From: a virus
Direction: 5' to 3' (one strand)
DNA: 64,000 bases
Virus record (IMG/VR): IMGVR_UViG_3300014208_000032
Coordinates: 1-64,000 of that record
Shown here piece by piece: positions 40,048 through 49,381 of this stretch. Under the pieces are notes generated by a model. That model was not told the DNA's origin. It did no database searches and was given only the letters and a program-made list of their open reading frames with translations. How positions within the stretch are numbered: position 1 is the stretch's first letter; the number at the start of each line of letters is the position of its first letter. A program made the translations under genes and the position numbers.

Positions 40048-43000
40048 CTAAAGAATTACATAAGTAAAGTGGAACGACCATCTAGTATTAGCAACATTAG
40101 TTGTAACATCAGTTGTTACTGTAGCTCTATCGTTAGCAACATCTCCTATTATTTCCATACTAGCAATTTCAGATGATGCAACACAAGAGCCAGCTAATTG
40201 ATAAACTTGACTAAAATTAGAAGGTATTGGCAAAGATAGTCCCATAGCAGTTGTTGTAGATGCTGAAGTTATATCAAGATTAAATTCTCCTGAAACAGTA
40301 ACCAGATTTCCTATTCTAAACCATTGTGCTCCTAAAGATGCAGAAGCATCTACATTTGTTGTGTTATAAAGAGTGGGTGTATAAGTCCCAGAAGTTATAT
40401 ATTGATTCGTTACGCCAGTTACATCACCAACATTGTTATGTAGATTTGATCCATATATCCTACCATCAGCCATTACATTAAATACATCTGTACCACCTGC
40501 TAATCCACTATCATTAACAGCAAATTTAGCACCAGTAGCGCCAGAAGAAAGACCAACAATTACTTGTCCAGGTCTTGAAGCATGAGCATGTGCATGAAAA
40601 TGTATAGCTCCACCCATAGCAGCAGAACCAGAGCCAGCCTGTATAGATAATCTTCCAGTACCAGCACCAATTTCTTCTGTTAATATGTATTTATTGCCTG
40701 TTAATGTTGGGAGTATTAAATTTCCATCAGTAGATAGCGCCATTCTTGATGTAGCGGCAGTAGAGTCATAGAAACTAATACCCCCACCCTTGTAAAGAAC
40801 ATAATTAGAATAATTAACACTTGCAACCCCAGTAGTAGCAAGTTCAAGAGCTGTAATATTTGTTTTTGATTCAATATTAATAGCAGCAGTTTCTCCACCA
40901 GTAGCGGTTCCTTTAATAGCTATTCCTGAAGTGTTAACACCTGCAGCAAACCATGTTGGATTATCTATTCTACCATTTAACACATTTCCACCAGCAGAAT
41001 TAAGTATAATATTTCCATAAGCACCACCAGTTTTATAAGCCTGCCAAGCAGAATAAGTATCTCCACTAGTAGCGCCATTATATAATATTGACCCGGAACC
41101 AATAGTTGAAACATCCCAATCGGTATTTCCAAACACTATTTTCTGAGTGTCAGGACCTTTTATTTGTAATCTACCTAATCCATTTGTTATTGCCCCACCT
41201 ACAAGAATATTTCCAGTCAATCCTATTAATTTCATCATTTCTGTAGGACGAGTTGTGGCTGATGCGTCTAACATGCCACCAAAAATGATATTAGTAGAAG
41301 AATGCACACCTCCTGATGTGATAGACTCAAACCACATTCCAGCAGTATAAGATGGGTCTGCAACGTCTCTATAGGTATCCGCTAATATGCCACCAAAAAT
41401 ATAAGTCCCGTTCGTAGAGTTATGATAAGCGTTTATTATAGAACCAGAAGTATTAATAGCAGATAAATTTGTAGGTGCAATATATAATTTATCAATAAGA
41501 GCAATATTTCCAACAACATTTAATTTATAAGTTGTTGTGGTTATTGTTCCTACGCTAATATTATTAGTAGCTGTATCAATCATTATAGATGGTGCAGTTG
41601 CACCTCCTATACCAAATTTACCAGCTCCAAGTGTCCAACCACCATGACTTAAGTACACATCAGTAGTTCCCCAACTAGTTCTAATACCAGATTCAGCAGC
41701 AGCTCTATATATGTGTATTGGATATAATGGAGTTGTAATACCTATTCCCAATGTGTCATTTACTTCATCATAAGTAGAAGCTCCAAAAAGTATTTTACCT
41801 TTTGTTGCGTGAGATGTTGAAAAAAGAGTTAAGTTATTTCCTGATGCAGTTCCGCCTATTACAGTTTGTCCACCAGATAAACCAGTTATTAAATTATTAG
41901 CAATAGCATTTACTGTTCTTGTTAAACCACTTCCAAAAGTAAGGATAGCATCTTTTGTATTTAATTGAGCTTGTATATTTGATGTAACGTCAGTTAAATA
42001 ACCCAATTTTGTTGTTGTGATACCATCTAAAGTTTTTAATTGGAATGAGGCACTATCGTAATAAGCAACAGTTGCGTCATCAGGAGTTTCTTCTATTGTT
42101 GCAATCTTTACTAAAGACCCCGCATCACCAATTCTTGCCCAACCACCATTATCAAGTACTAAAAACCCATCATTAATTCCATCATAAAGTTTTGCTTGAA
42201 ATCCAGTATAAACTCCAGTGCCTAAACCTGATACTGCACCATCTCTGGTTATTATTATATCTTTTGTTGTAAAAATTTGTTCTGCATGAGTTGTGTAAGA
42301 TGTTCCAACTTGGTAAATATTTCCAGTAATATTAACATCACCATTACCTTTAATGTTGAATGTAGAAATATTACTTCCGCTCAAAATTTCAAATACTTTA
42401 TCAGTATCTGCTGTTGATCCTCTTTTTATTTGAAGAGCACTTAATGCTGCAGTTGTTGTTATTTGTGGTTGAGTTGAATTATTATAAGCTTGTTGAATTG
42501 TTGTTGTTCCAGAACCAGATGCTGTGGCGTTAGATCCTCCCCACTTATCAACTTCAAAAAACTTAGCTTGAGTTAAATCACTAAGATCTGTTGCTGTGCT
42601 TTTAATAATTAAAATACATCTCAACAAACCATTCTCAGCAATATTCTGCTCAGTAATAAACACTTCAGAATTAATTGCTTGAATTGCCTCAGACATTGAA
42701 CCATAAAATGCTTGACCATATTGAATACGAATAAGGTTAGATGTAAAAATAACAATTCTTTGAATTGTAAATTTATTTGGATTTAATACAGTTCTAACGC
42801 CATTTAAATCATAATAACCTGGATCTAAAACTGCAGTATCTGCATACTCAGTTCCTGTATTTAATCTATATCTAATGTTTGTTGGGGCAATTAAACCAGA
42901 AAGAGTTATTTTATGTGGATTTTTGTGACTAATAAAAAAATTAACACCTTTTTTGAAAACATAACCAATACTTTTATTAATTGAAAGATTGATTCCGTTA

Positions 43001-43710
43001 GGTGAAATTATATTTCCAGAAACATTAAAATTCCTCATGCTGTCTAAGAGATCGTTAAATTGTGATATTGAATTTCCAGCAACGTCTGGAAGATTATTTA
43101 CAGCATTAATAGTAGTTCTGTTTGAGTGAATAATTACACCAAGCAAAACATGATCTCTTCTATCTTCTATAGTAAACGGAGAAGTTTCTTGTATAATTGC
43201 GTTGGTAACAAAATCCATTGCTAAATATGTTACATTGTGAGTTAATATATTTGTAACTGATACACCAGTTATCCCTGGAAAATTTATTACGGAACCTGTT
43301 GGGTTTATTGGATCAGTGGTATTCACTTGATTAGCATACCCAGATGAAATATTAAATTTTGTTGGATCTGCGTTTATAGAAATTGTAAATCCAGCTCTAA
43401 CCCCATTAGATGATTCATTAACTATTTTTTTGTTAATTTCATCAGTAAACTCATGTAGTGAAAATACGTGAATAGCTTCCAGTGAAGTAAAAACATTCGT
43501 TGGAATTGCTAATAAATTATCTTTTGTTAAAATCAAATCACCTGAAATTATTTCTGCTTCAAAGTTTTTACTAGCAAAATAAATATCTGATAACTCTTTT
43601 TCGTTTTTTATGGAAAAATAAGTATAAGGATAAATGTCTTTATTTATTTGTGCAATTCTTATTGTAGAACTTGTGTTGTTGTATAAATAAATTGGAAATA
43701 TTATATTCAT
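40048..43710 (-). CDS. Long tail fibre / receptor-binding protein
   Basis: 1220 aa; 'LGIGITTP', 'ISVGT' beta-helix-type repeats, C-terminal 'RIGNLVTV..LSLP' gp53-like module. Confidence 0.8.
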   Translation of the reverse strand: MNIIFPIYLYNNTSSTIRIAQINKDIYPYTYFSIKNEKELSDIYFASKNFEAEIISGDLILTKDNLLAIPTNVFTSLEAIHVFSLHEFTDEINKKIVNESSNGVRAGFTISINADPTKFNISSGYANQVNTTDPINPTGSVINFPGITGVSVTNILTHNVTYLAMDFVTNAIIQETSPFTIEDRRDHVLLGVIIHSNRTTINAVNNLPDVAGNSISQFNDLLDSMRNFNVSGNIISPNGINLSINKSIGYVFKKGVNFFISHKNPHKITLSGLIAPTNIRYRLNTGTEYADTAVLDPGYYDLNGVRTVLNPNKFTIQRIVIFTSNLIRIQYGQAFYGSMSEAIQAINSEVFITEQNIAENGLLRCILIIKSTATDLSDLTQAKFFEVDKWGGSNATASGSGTTTIQQAYNNSTQPQITTTAALSALQIKRGSTADTDKVFEILSGSNISTFNIKGNGDVNITGNIYQVGTSYTTHAEQIFTTKDIIITRDGAVSGLGTGVYTGFQAKLYDGINDGFLVLDNGGWARIGDAGSLVKIATIEETPDDATVAYYDSASFQLKTLDGITTTKLGYLTDVTSNIQAQLNTKDAILTFGSGLTRTVNAIANNLITGLSGGQTVIGGTASGNNLTLFSTSHATKGKILFGASTYDEVNDTLGIGITTPLYPIHIYRAAAESGIRTSWGTTDVYLSHGGWTLGAGKFGIGGATAPSIMIDTATNNISVGTITTTTYKLNVVGNIALIDKLYIAPTNLSAINTSGSIINAYHNSTNGTYIFGGILADTYRDVADPSYTAGMWFESITSGGVHSSTNIIFGGMLDASATTRPTEMMKLIGLTGNILVGGAITNGLGRLQIKGPDTQKIVFGNTDWDVSTIGSGSILYNGATSGDTYSAWQAYKTGGAYGNIILNSAGGNVLNGRIDNPTWFAAGVNTSGIAIKGTATGGETAAINIESKTNITALELATTGVASVNYSNYVLYKGGGISFYDSTAATSRMALSTDGNLILPTLTGNKYILTEEIGAGTGRLSIQAGSGSAAMGGAIHFHAHAHASRPGQVIVGLSSGATGAKFAVNDSGLAGGTDVFNVMADGRIYGSNLHNNVGDVTGVTNQYITSGTYTPTLYNTTNVDASASLGAQWFRIGNLVTVSGEFNLDITSASTTTAMGLSLPIPSNFSQVYQLAGSCVASSEIASMEIIGDVANDRATVTTDVTTNVANTRWSFHFTYVIL

Positions 43711-43728
43711 ATTATTATCTTTATGATG

Positions 43729-43998
43729 TTAATAACTTATTATATAATACATTGAAAATCCAGAAAAAGAAACAAAAGCTCCTATTACAGCCCCCAATAT
43801 AGCCACAACAACATATTCAACAGGTTTTTCTGATTTTTTTATTAAATAGAAAGAAGTTGTTGTAATTACCGATCCTGTTATAGTTCCAGCAATAACCGTT
43901 TGTATTATTTCAGTATTAAATTTTTCTTCTGCTTTTAAATTCTTATAAGGATATTGAGATGATAATAAAAAACACAACAATAATAAAAATATTCTCAT
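43729..43998 (-). CDS. Small membrane protein
   Basis: Signal peptide plus two hydrophobic segments. Confidence 0.5.
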   Translation of the reverse strand: MRIFLLLLCFLLSSQYPYKNLKAEEKFNTEIIQTVIAGTITGSVITTTSFYLIKKSEKPVEYVVVAILGAVIGAFVSFSGFSMYYIISY

Positions 43999-44040
43999 TT
44001 TAATTTACAAATTTCATTTGGATAATAATCCTTGGTATTT

Positions 44041-44337
44041 TTAATATTCTTTTAATATAACTATTCCAATTACGCTTTGATTTGCTGTAACTGGAATATA
44101 ACCTAAAATATATTCTTCGCTAACATCAGTTATTAAAGAAGATAGCCACACCAAAAAATCTTCTGATAGGGTTTCGGAATTATTATATGCTTGTTGAAGA
44201 AATGTGACACCAGGAACTCCCCAATCAACACCCCATTCTCCGCCTAGGTTTTTTTCTATTTCTTTTAATCTAATTATGAGAGAGTTTATAATTTTTAAAT
44301 CAAAGTTTCCAGTTATTAGATAATCATTAATTGCCAT
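44041..44337 (-). CDS. Hypothetical tail-associated protein
   Basis: Shares 'QQAYNNS' with the 1220-aa fibre; AAGATAAA 3 nt before ATG. Confidence 0.55.
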   Translation of the reverse strand: MAINDYLITGNFDLKIINSLIIRLKEIEKNLGGEWGVDWGVPGVTFLQQAYNNSETLSEDFLVWLSSLITDVSEEYILGYIPVTANQSVIGIVILKEY

Positions 44338-44353
44338 ATATTTATCTTTATAT

Positions 44354-44383
44354 AAAAAAAGACAGAGTGTTCAGACTCTGTCT
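44354..44383 (-). terminator. Terminator
   Basis: AGACAGAGT-gttcag-ACTCTGTCT with T-tract. Confidence 0.75.
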
Positions 44384-44405
44384 AAAATTAGAAATTAAAA
44401 ACTAA

Positions 44406-45521
44406 TTAAGCAAGGCAGACAAAAGTCCAAGCAGCAGCAGAACCCATCACAACAGTGGTTTGCGTGGCAGAATCGTGAGTAATAGATGTTGGGGCGGTAA
44501 CTACGCCATCAGCAACCAAATAAGCTTGCACAACTGGCTGAATTCCTAGTCCGTGAGTGATAACATAAGTTCCAGTTCCAGCAGCAGGAGATGTTCTATA
44601 AACCCTAGCAATAGTTCCACCAACAACAGGAGTTGTCAAGGAAATATTGGCAGTAAGAGTTCCTGGGGTGATTGTGGCAGCATAACTACCAGTTCCACCG
44701 GCTCGTCCAGTAAGAACTACGGCATCCTGTGTGGCAGCAGCAATTGCTTTCACAGAACCAGTAACAGTAGTCAAACCAGTAACATTAACAGCACCGGTGT
44801 TTGTTGTAACACCAGTAATTCCAACAGCACCAGTAATAGTAACAGCACCAGTAATTCCAGTTGCTCCAGTAATAGCTGTAACACCAGCAATAGTAACATC
44901 ACCAGTAGCTTCAAGAGCATAGTTTGCAGTTCCACCAGAAGCAACAGCAGTTATGGCAGTGTTTTTTGTTCCGGTTCCTGTAACAGTAGAAGTCACACCA
45001 CTTCTTGTTCCAGTAACAGTATCAGCAACAGCAGCAACATTAACTACAGCTCTTGTGGCAGTAGAGGTAGAGGTAGAGGTGACATCAACAGCTTTGCCAG
45101 TTGTTAAAGCATCAGCGGAAATTTCAAGAGCTTTACCAGTTGTGATACTGTCCCCAAGTAATTTATTTCCGAATGTTGTAGTAGAAGACGAAGTGAAAGT
45201 TGCAGGAATATCTCCATCAACAAGAGCAGCCCAAATAGGGACAGAACTAGTTTCCTGCAAAAACATTTTAGTAGCCGTAGCATTTGGAGCTAATCGGGCA
45301 TTAACTGTGGCATTTCTATAAGAAATATCACCTTCGGTTGTGGTTGGGGAAAGTGCATCAAAACCAGCAACTGCTGTAATCTGACCTGTCCCACCGCCGT
45401 TAATATCAATTGTTCCATTAAGAGCAATGATAGCAGAAGCTGCTTCAACAATATCCATCTCGTCAGCAACCGTCTTGATTGACAGGTTGATATATTTTTG
45501 ATCGCCTGTAAGTATACTCAT
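44406..45521 (-). CDS. Thr/Ala/Gly-rich virion fibre (head fibre or short fibre)
   Basis: ITGA/VTG hexapeptide repeats, C-terminal 'ITHGLG..P.VQ' module; strong RBS AAGGAG; GC-elevated like MCP. Confidence 0.65.
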   Translation of the reverse strand: MSILTGDQKYINLSIKTVADEMDIVEAASAIIALNGTIDINGGGTGQITAVAGFDALSPTTTEGDISYRNATVNARLAPNATATKMFLQETSSVPIWAALVDGDIPATFTSSSTTTFGNKLLGDSITTGKALEISADALTTGKAVDVTSTSTSTATRAVVNVAAVADTVTGTRSGVTSTVTGTGTKNTAITAVASGGTANYALEATGDVTIAGVTAITGATGITGAVTITGAVGITGVTTNTGAVNVTGLTTVTGSVKAIAAATQDAVVLTGRAGGTGSYAATITPGTLTANISLTTPVVGGTIARVYRTSPAAGTGTYVITHGLGIQPVVQAYLVADGVVTAPTSITHDSATQTTVVMGSAAAWTFVCLA

Positions 45522-45577
45522 AAAATTATTCTCCTTTTATGTTCATGTTAAAAATATCTTTACTTTATGTAAAAAAA

Positions 45578-45657
45578 CCGGGCGGACAGTTTTGTCTTTT
45601 TATTGGACAGGAATGTCCGGTCTATATAAAACAACTTAAATAAAAATCTACTACTAG
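45578..45657. repeat. Ori-like element, copy 2 (intergenic)
   Basis: CGGACAGTTTTGTC-N9-GACAGGAATGTCCG-g-TCTATATAAAACAA; same spacing as 9073-9151. Confidence 0.65.
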
Positions 45658-45663
45658 AATTTT

Positions 45664-46815
45664 TTATTTTTTAAGATTAGAAGTCAAATAAGATACATTT
45701 TCATAAAGAAAAGCTCTGGTTGTTTTGTTTAGGTTTATGAAGACATCTTTTATTGTTTCTAGTGGAATAATATTTTTATCTATTTCCATCTTCAATAATC
45801 TTATATCAGTTATTAATTCTTTTGTTCTGATATCACCTATTTTTTTAGAAACATCAACGAGTATAGATTTTGCTTTGTTTGTATCTTCGATAAATATTAC
45901 ATATTTTATAAACCTTGTTATTGAATCTATTTTATTGTTTGTTGTATAAAGAGGAGAAAGATGAGTAAATATTTTTTTAACTAAACTTTCAACTAAAGAT
46001 GTATCAGATTCTCTTTTTAAAGACACGTTTTTTAATATTTCTGTTTCTTTTTCGAAACCAATAACAGATTTTACATCATTTTCGTTTCCATCAACAAAAA
46101 TAATATCCGTTTGACCATCATTTTTATCAGCAACATATAATAGATTTTTTGAAATGTTGTTGATAGAACTTTTTTCTAATCTGTTTTTAAGATAATTATA
46201 AACAACAACTTCAAACATTTTTCCAAGAGTATAATTTAAAAAACCAATAAATTTAGGTAATTCTTCTTTTGAAGAATATTTTAATAGAATATTTTTAACA
46301 CCAGTAGATACAATAGATAAAAAATCCTTTATAGTAGTTGCTGAAATTCCATTAATAAAATCAATGATTGCTTTTGATCTGTTACTTAATTTTTTCTCTG
46401 TGAAAGCTTCTTCTTTTAATTCTGTTTTTTTCTTTTTTAGAAATTCATTTTGAAAAAAACTAATAACTAATGATTTTAGTTTTTCTACAGTTAATTTTCC
46501 ACCAGATGTTGGTATTGCTTTTCTTGTTTTGTCTGGGTTGGAGATTCCGTATTCAAAAATACTGATATTTTCTGAGTTTGTTGTTATTTTGTAATAATAT
46601 TTTTTTCTTTTCGGTGGATTTTTTTCATAATGAGTATTCATTTTATTAACAGTTTCTTTTGTTACTACTCCTGTTTTCATTTCAAGAACGGTTATGATTC
46701 CGTTTTTCATTTCTTTTTGGGCATAGATTACTTTAAGTTCGTCTTTTAATTTGATTTGAGTAGTTACAGAAAGATTTTTTATAAACTTTATTTCAACGGG
46801 TATTTCTCTTGTCAT
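45664..46815 (-). CDS. PD-(D/E)xK nuclease-like protein (probable start MTREIP at 46815)
   Basis: 'GKMFEVVVYNYL...TDIIF..GNENDVKS'; late promoter 3 nt upstream of the ATG. Confidence 0.45.
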   Translation of the reverse strand: MTREIPVEIKFIKNLSVTTQIKLKDELKVIYAQKEMKNGIITVLEMKTGVVTKETVNKMNTHYEKNPPKRKKYYYKITTNSENISIFEYGISNPDKTRKAIPTSGGKLTVEKLKSLVISFFQNEFLKKKKTELKEEAFTEKKLSNRSKAIIDFINGISATTIKDFLSIVSTGVKNILLKYSSKEELPKFIGFLNYTLGKMFEVVVYNYLKNRLEKSSINNISKNLLYVADKNDGQTDIIFVDGNENDVKSVIGFEKETEILKNVSLKRESDTSLVESLVKKIFTHLSPLYTTNNKIDSITRFIKYVIFIEDTNKAKSILVDVSKKIGDIRTKELITDIRLLKMEIDKNIIPLETIKDVFINLNKTTRAFLYENVSYLTSNLKK

Positions 46816-46818
46816 ACT

Positions 46819-46842
46819 ATTATCTTGACTTGAAAAGTTAAT
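46819..46842. promoter_or_regulatory. Back-to-back divergent leaderless late promoters
   Basis: AAGATAAT (-) at 46819-26 and AAGTTAAT (+) at 46835-42, each 3 nt before an ATG. Confidence 0.65.
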
Positions 46843-46845
46843 ACT

Positions 46846-47679
46846 ATGAAAAGCTTTAAAGAACATTTACAAAGAAAATTAGACGAAAACGTATTAGATC
46901 CTATTAATAAAACAAAATCAAAAGAACTTTGGAGTACATCCGGTAATCTTCTTCCAGACGCTAAGAGAACGCTTTTGACGAACTTTTACTCCTGGTGGGA
47001 TAAGTTTGGGTTTGAACGCAAAGATATAAAAAAAATGCTTATCCTGGGCAGTATAACGGGCTTTCAATACAATGAAGCTTCAGATATTGATGTTAATGTT
47101 GTGGTTAATCTTTCTAAAGAAAAAATATCTTCTGTTTATAAATTATTACCAGGAAATGTTAAGATTGGGAAACATCCTTGTAATTATTATCTTACAGCAG
47201 ATGAATATGATGCTGGAAAAGCAGACGGGGTTTATAACGTAGTAAAAGATGTTTGGGAAAAAGAAGTAAAAAAAATAGACCCAAAAATTGATAACAGTTA
47301 TGTTCTTGAAGTTACTAAATTTTTTATGGACGGAATTGATGGGCGAATTGCTGAATATGAGAGAGATAAGAAAGAACTTGATATGTTTTATCAATATCTT
47401 AAAGACGCAGATCTTGAAGTTAATAAAAATGATTTAGAAAAAAGTATAGCTCAAAAAAAAGGCGAGATCGAAGCTGATATTCAGTCGCTAGTTATTGGTT
47501 ATCATGTTATCAAAGCTTTTAGATGGGAAGCATTTGTAAAAGATGCTAAACCAATAGAATTACAAATTCAAATAAAAAGCCCTAACCTTACGTTGAACAA
47601 TTTAATTTATAAAACACTAGAAAGGTTTGGATATTTTGATAAACTCCACTCCGTTTTGGAAAAAGAAGGAAAACTATGA
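46846..47679 (+). CDS. Pol beta-superfamily nucleotidyltransferase (MKSFKEHL..LDE tag)
   Basis: 'ILGSITGFQY..ASDIDVNVV' GS..DxD motif. Confidence 0.75.
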   Translation: MKSFKEHLQRKLDENVLDPINKTKSKELWSTSGNLLPDAKRTLLTNFYSWWDKFGFERKDIKKMLILGSITGFQYNEASDIDVNVVVNLSKEKISSVYKLLPGNVKIGKHPCNYYLTADEYDAGKADGVYNVVKDVWEKEVKKIDPKIDNSYVLEVTKFFMDGIDGRIAEYERDKKELDMFYQYLKDADLEVNKNDLEKSIAQKKGEIEADIQSLVIGYHVIKAFRWEAFVKDAKPIELQIQIKSPNLTLNNLIYKTLERFGYFDKLHSVLEKEGKL

Positions 47680-48326
47680 AATTTGAAGATCTTATTAATG
47701 AGATGGAATCTATGAGTTATGACAGCGGACACGACAGAAGCATTGCCGATGTTTCTACTCATGCCACCCATCATACTGCCCCACCAGAGGCAAGTATTAA
47801 TTCAAGAAGTTTTAAAGATTTTGAAAACTTTACAGATAGAGTTTCAGATAAAGATATGCATCTTGATATGAATAATGATAAAAAAATTGATACAGATGAA
47901 TTAAAAAGATATGTCAACTGGACTGCTAAAAAATTAGGAGTTCCGCAAGAGATTGCTTTGGCTGTTGTGGAAAGAGAAAGCAATTGGAATCAGAATGATG
48001 TTTCCAGAAACAGAAACGGAACAAGAGATGTGGGATTAATGCAACTAAATTCCAGTAATAGAAAATATTTTGAGGATAAGTTTTGGACACCAGATCACCA
48101 TGGAATAAAATTTAATCCAATGAACCCAGAACATAATGTTGAGGTTGGTATTAAATATTTAAAATGGCTAAATACTTATTTTGATGGAGATTGGGGTAAA
48201 GCAATTATGGGATATAATGCCGGTCCAGGAAACGTAAAAAGAGATACGATTCCTGATTCTACCAGAAATTATTTAAAATTTGTTATGGATTTTGTTGGCG
48301 ACAAAGCAAAGAAATATTTTGGATAA
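47676..48326 (+). CDS. Lytic transglycosylase (SLT) with EF-hand-like linker
   Basis: 'AVVERESNW', 'GLMQLN', 'NVEVGIKYL', 'YNAGPG'; 'DMNNDKKIDTDEL'. Confidence 0.9.
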   Translation: MKFEDLINEMESMSYDSGHDRSIADVSTHATHHTAPPEASINSRSFKDFENFTDRVSDKDMHLDMNNDKKIDTDELKRYVNWTAKKLGVPQEIALAVVERESNWNQNDVSRNRNGTRDVGLMQLNSSNRKYFEDKFWTPDHHGIKFNPMNPEHNVEVGIKYLKWLNTYFDGDWGKAIMGYNAGPGNVKRDTIPDSTRNYLKFVMDFVGDKAKKYFG

Positions 48327-48339
48327 AAGGAAATAGAAA

Positions 48340-48621
48340 ATGAAAAAAATAAAAGATTTAATTCTTATGAACTCTCTTTTGCTAACAGAAGATGAAAAAC
48401 CAGAACAAGAGAAAATAGACGGGAAAGAAGATAAAGATTGGCAAATAAAAACAGGAGCTGAAGTAGAGAAAGAACACGCTGGAACTTATGAAGAAGTGCA
48501 AAAGATTTTTAAAACAACTGGCAAATATCCATCATTAGAAGATTATTGCTTAATGATTGTTAATGATCACCTAAAAGAAGATCCAAAATATTATTCTAAA
48601 TTAGTGAAATTTGGATTATAA
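48340..48621 (+). CDS. DUF5661-like phage protein
   Basis: 'GAEVEKEH...IVNDHLKEDPKYYSKL'. Confidence 0.6.
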   Translation: MKKIKDLILMNSLLLTEDEKPEQEKIDGKEDKDWQIKTGAEVEKEHAGTYEEVQKIFKTTGKYPSLEDYCLMIVNDHLKEDPKYYSKLVKFGL

Positions 48622-48837
48622 AAGTTTATAACCTTTTCTTTTTAATTCTTTATTGGCATCTTCTCTTGTGAGGATGCCTTTTTTTATTTTAGCAACTAAC
48701 ATTTCAACATAAGTAATTTCAGCAATATCTTTTTCTGCATCTGGTTTGAAATCTTCTCTTTGGTTGCTTTTTTTAATCAACTTTGTTTTTGGTTTTTTGT
48801 TGTGATTAAAATCATCTATTTTTTTTGATTTGCTCAA
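48616..48837 (-). CDS. Hypothetical basic protein
   Basis: TTG start overlapping the upstream TGA. Confidence 0.45.
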   Translation of the reverse strand: MSKSKKIDDFNHNKKPKTKLIKKSNQREDFKPDAEKDIAEITYVEMLVAKIKKGILTREDANKELKRKGYKLL

Positions 48838-49013
48838 TTGGTTTTCCTGTTGTCAGTAGAATAAAATCCACTTCCTTTTAGTGAAAAATTAGCAGAAACA
48901 ATTTTAATTTTCATTAATCTTCCTTGGCTATCTCTTACTTCTGGTTTTTCATTCATTGGGTGTTCTACTTCTTTTTCTTCGTATTCGTTATGATAAATAT
49001 AAAATGCCATCAT
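48834..49013 (-). CDS. FmdB-family-like small protein (59 aa, below track cutoff)
   Basis: C-terminal 'FSLKGSGFYSTD' signature; TAATG coupling with the cupin gene; Zn-ribbon cysteines absent. Confidence 0.55.
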   Translation of the reverse strand: MMAFYIYHNEYEEKEVEHPMNEKPEVRDSQGRLMKIKIVSANFSLKGSGFYSTDNRKTN

Positions 49014-49366
49014 TACCTCTCGTCAATTATTACTTTGTCTTCTTCTTTTAAATTGTCACCAAACTGAATTTGAAGATAATTTATTTCGTGGTTATTAAAA
49101 TTATGTATTCTGTGGGTTGCGTTTGGTTCAATTATAATATTATCATTATATTTTAAAAAAATATTATCATTATTTTTCATAATAATTAAATCTGTTTGTG
49201 GTGTAATGTTTTTGATCATTTCATTTTTTTTAAAGTGTTTATGAATGGTTGTTGAAGTAGTTGGATTCATCATATTATAAGTAAGAATAACATAATCATC
49301 TTTATAAATAAGTTTTGAAGTTCCCCAAGATTTTACTCTTAGGGGTTCTTCTTTTTGTTCTTTCAT
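49013..49366 (-). CDS. Cupin (second MPI-like paralog)
   Basis: 'KSWG', 'TTIHKHF.KNE', 'HRIHN', 'QIQFG...EED'. Confidence 0.7.
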   Translation of the reverse strand: MKEQKEEPLRVKSWGTSKLIYKDDYVILTYNMMNPTTSTTIHKHFKKNEMIKNITPQTDLIIMKNNDNIFLKYNDNIIIEPNATHRIHNFNNHEINYLQIQFGDNLKEEDKVIIDER

Positions 49367-49381
49367 AAGATAATTATGATA

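Noticed and set aside
44553-45321. Antisense ORFs over the Thr/Ala fibre gene
   Set aside because: Low-complexity mirror of the real gene
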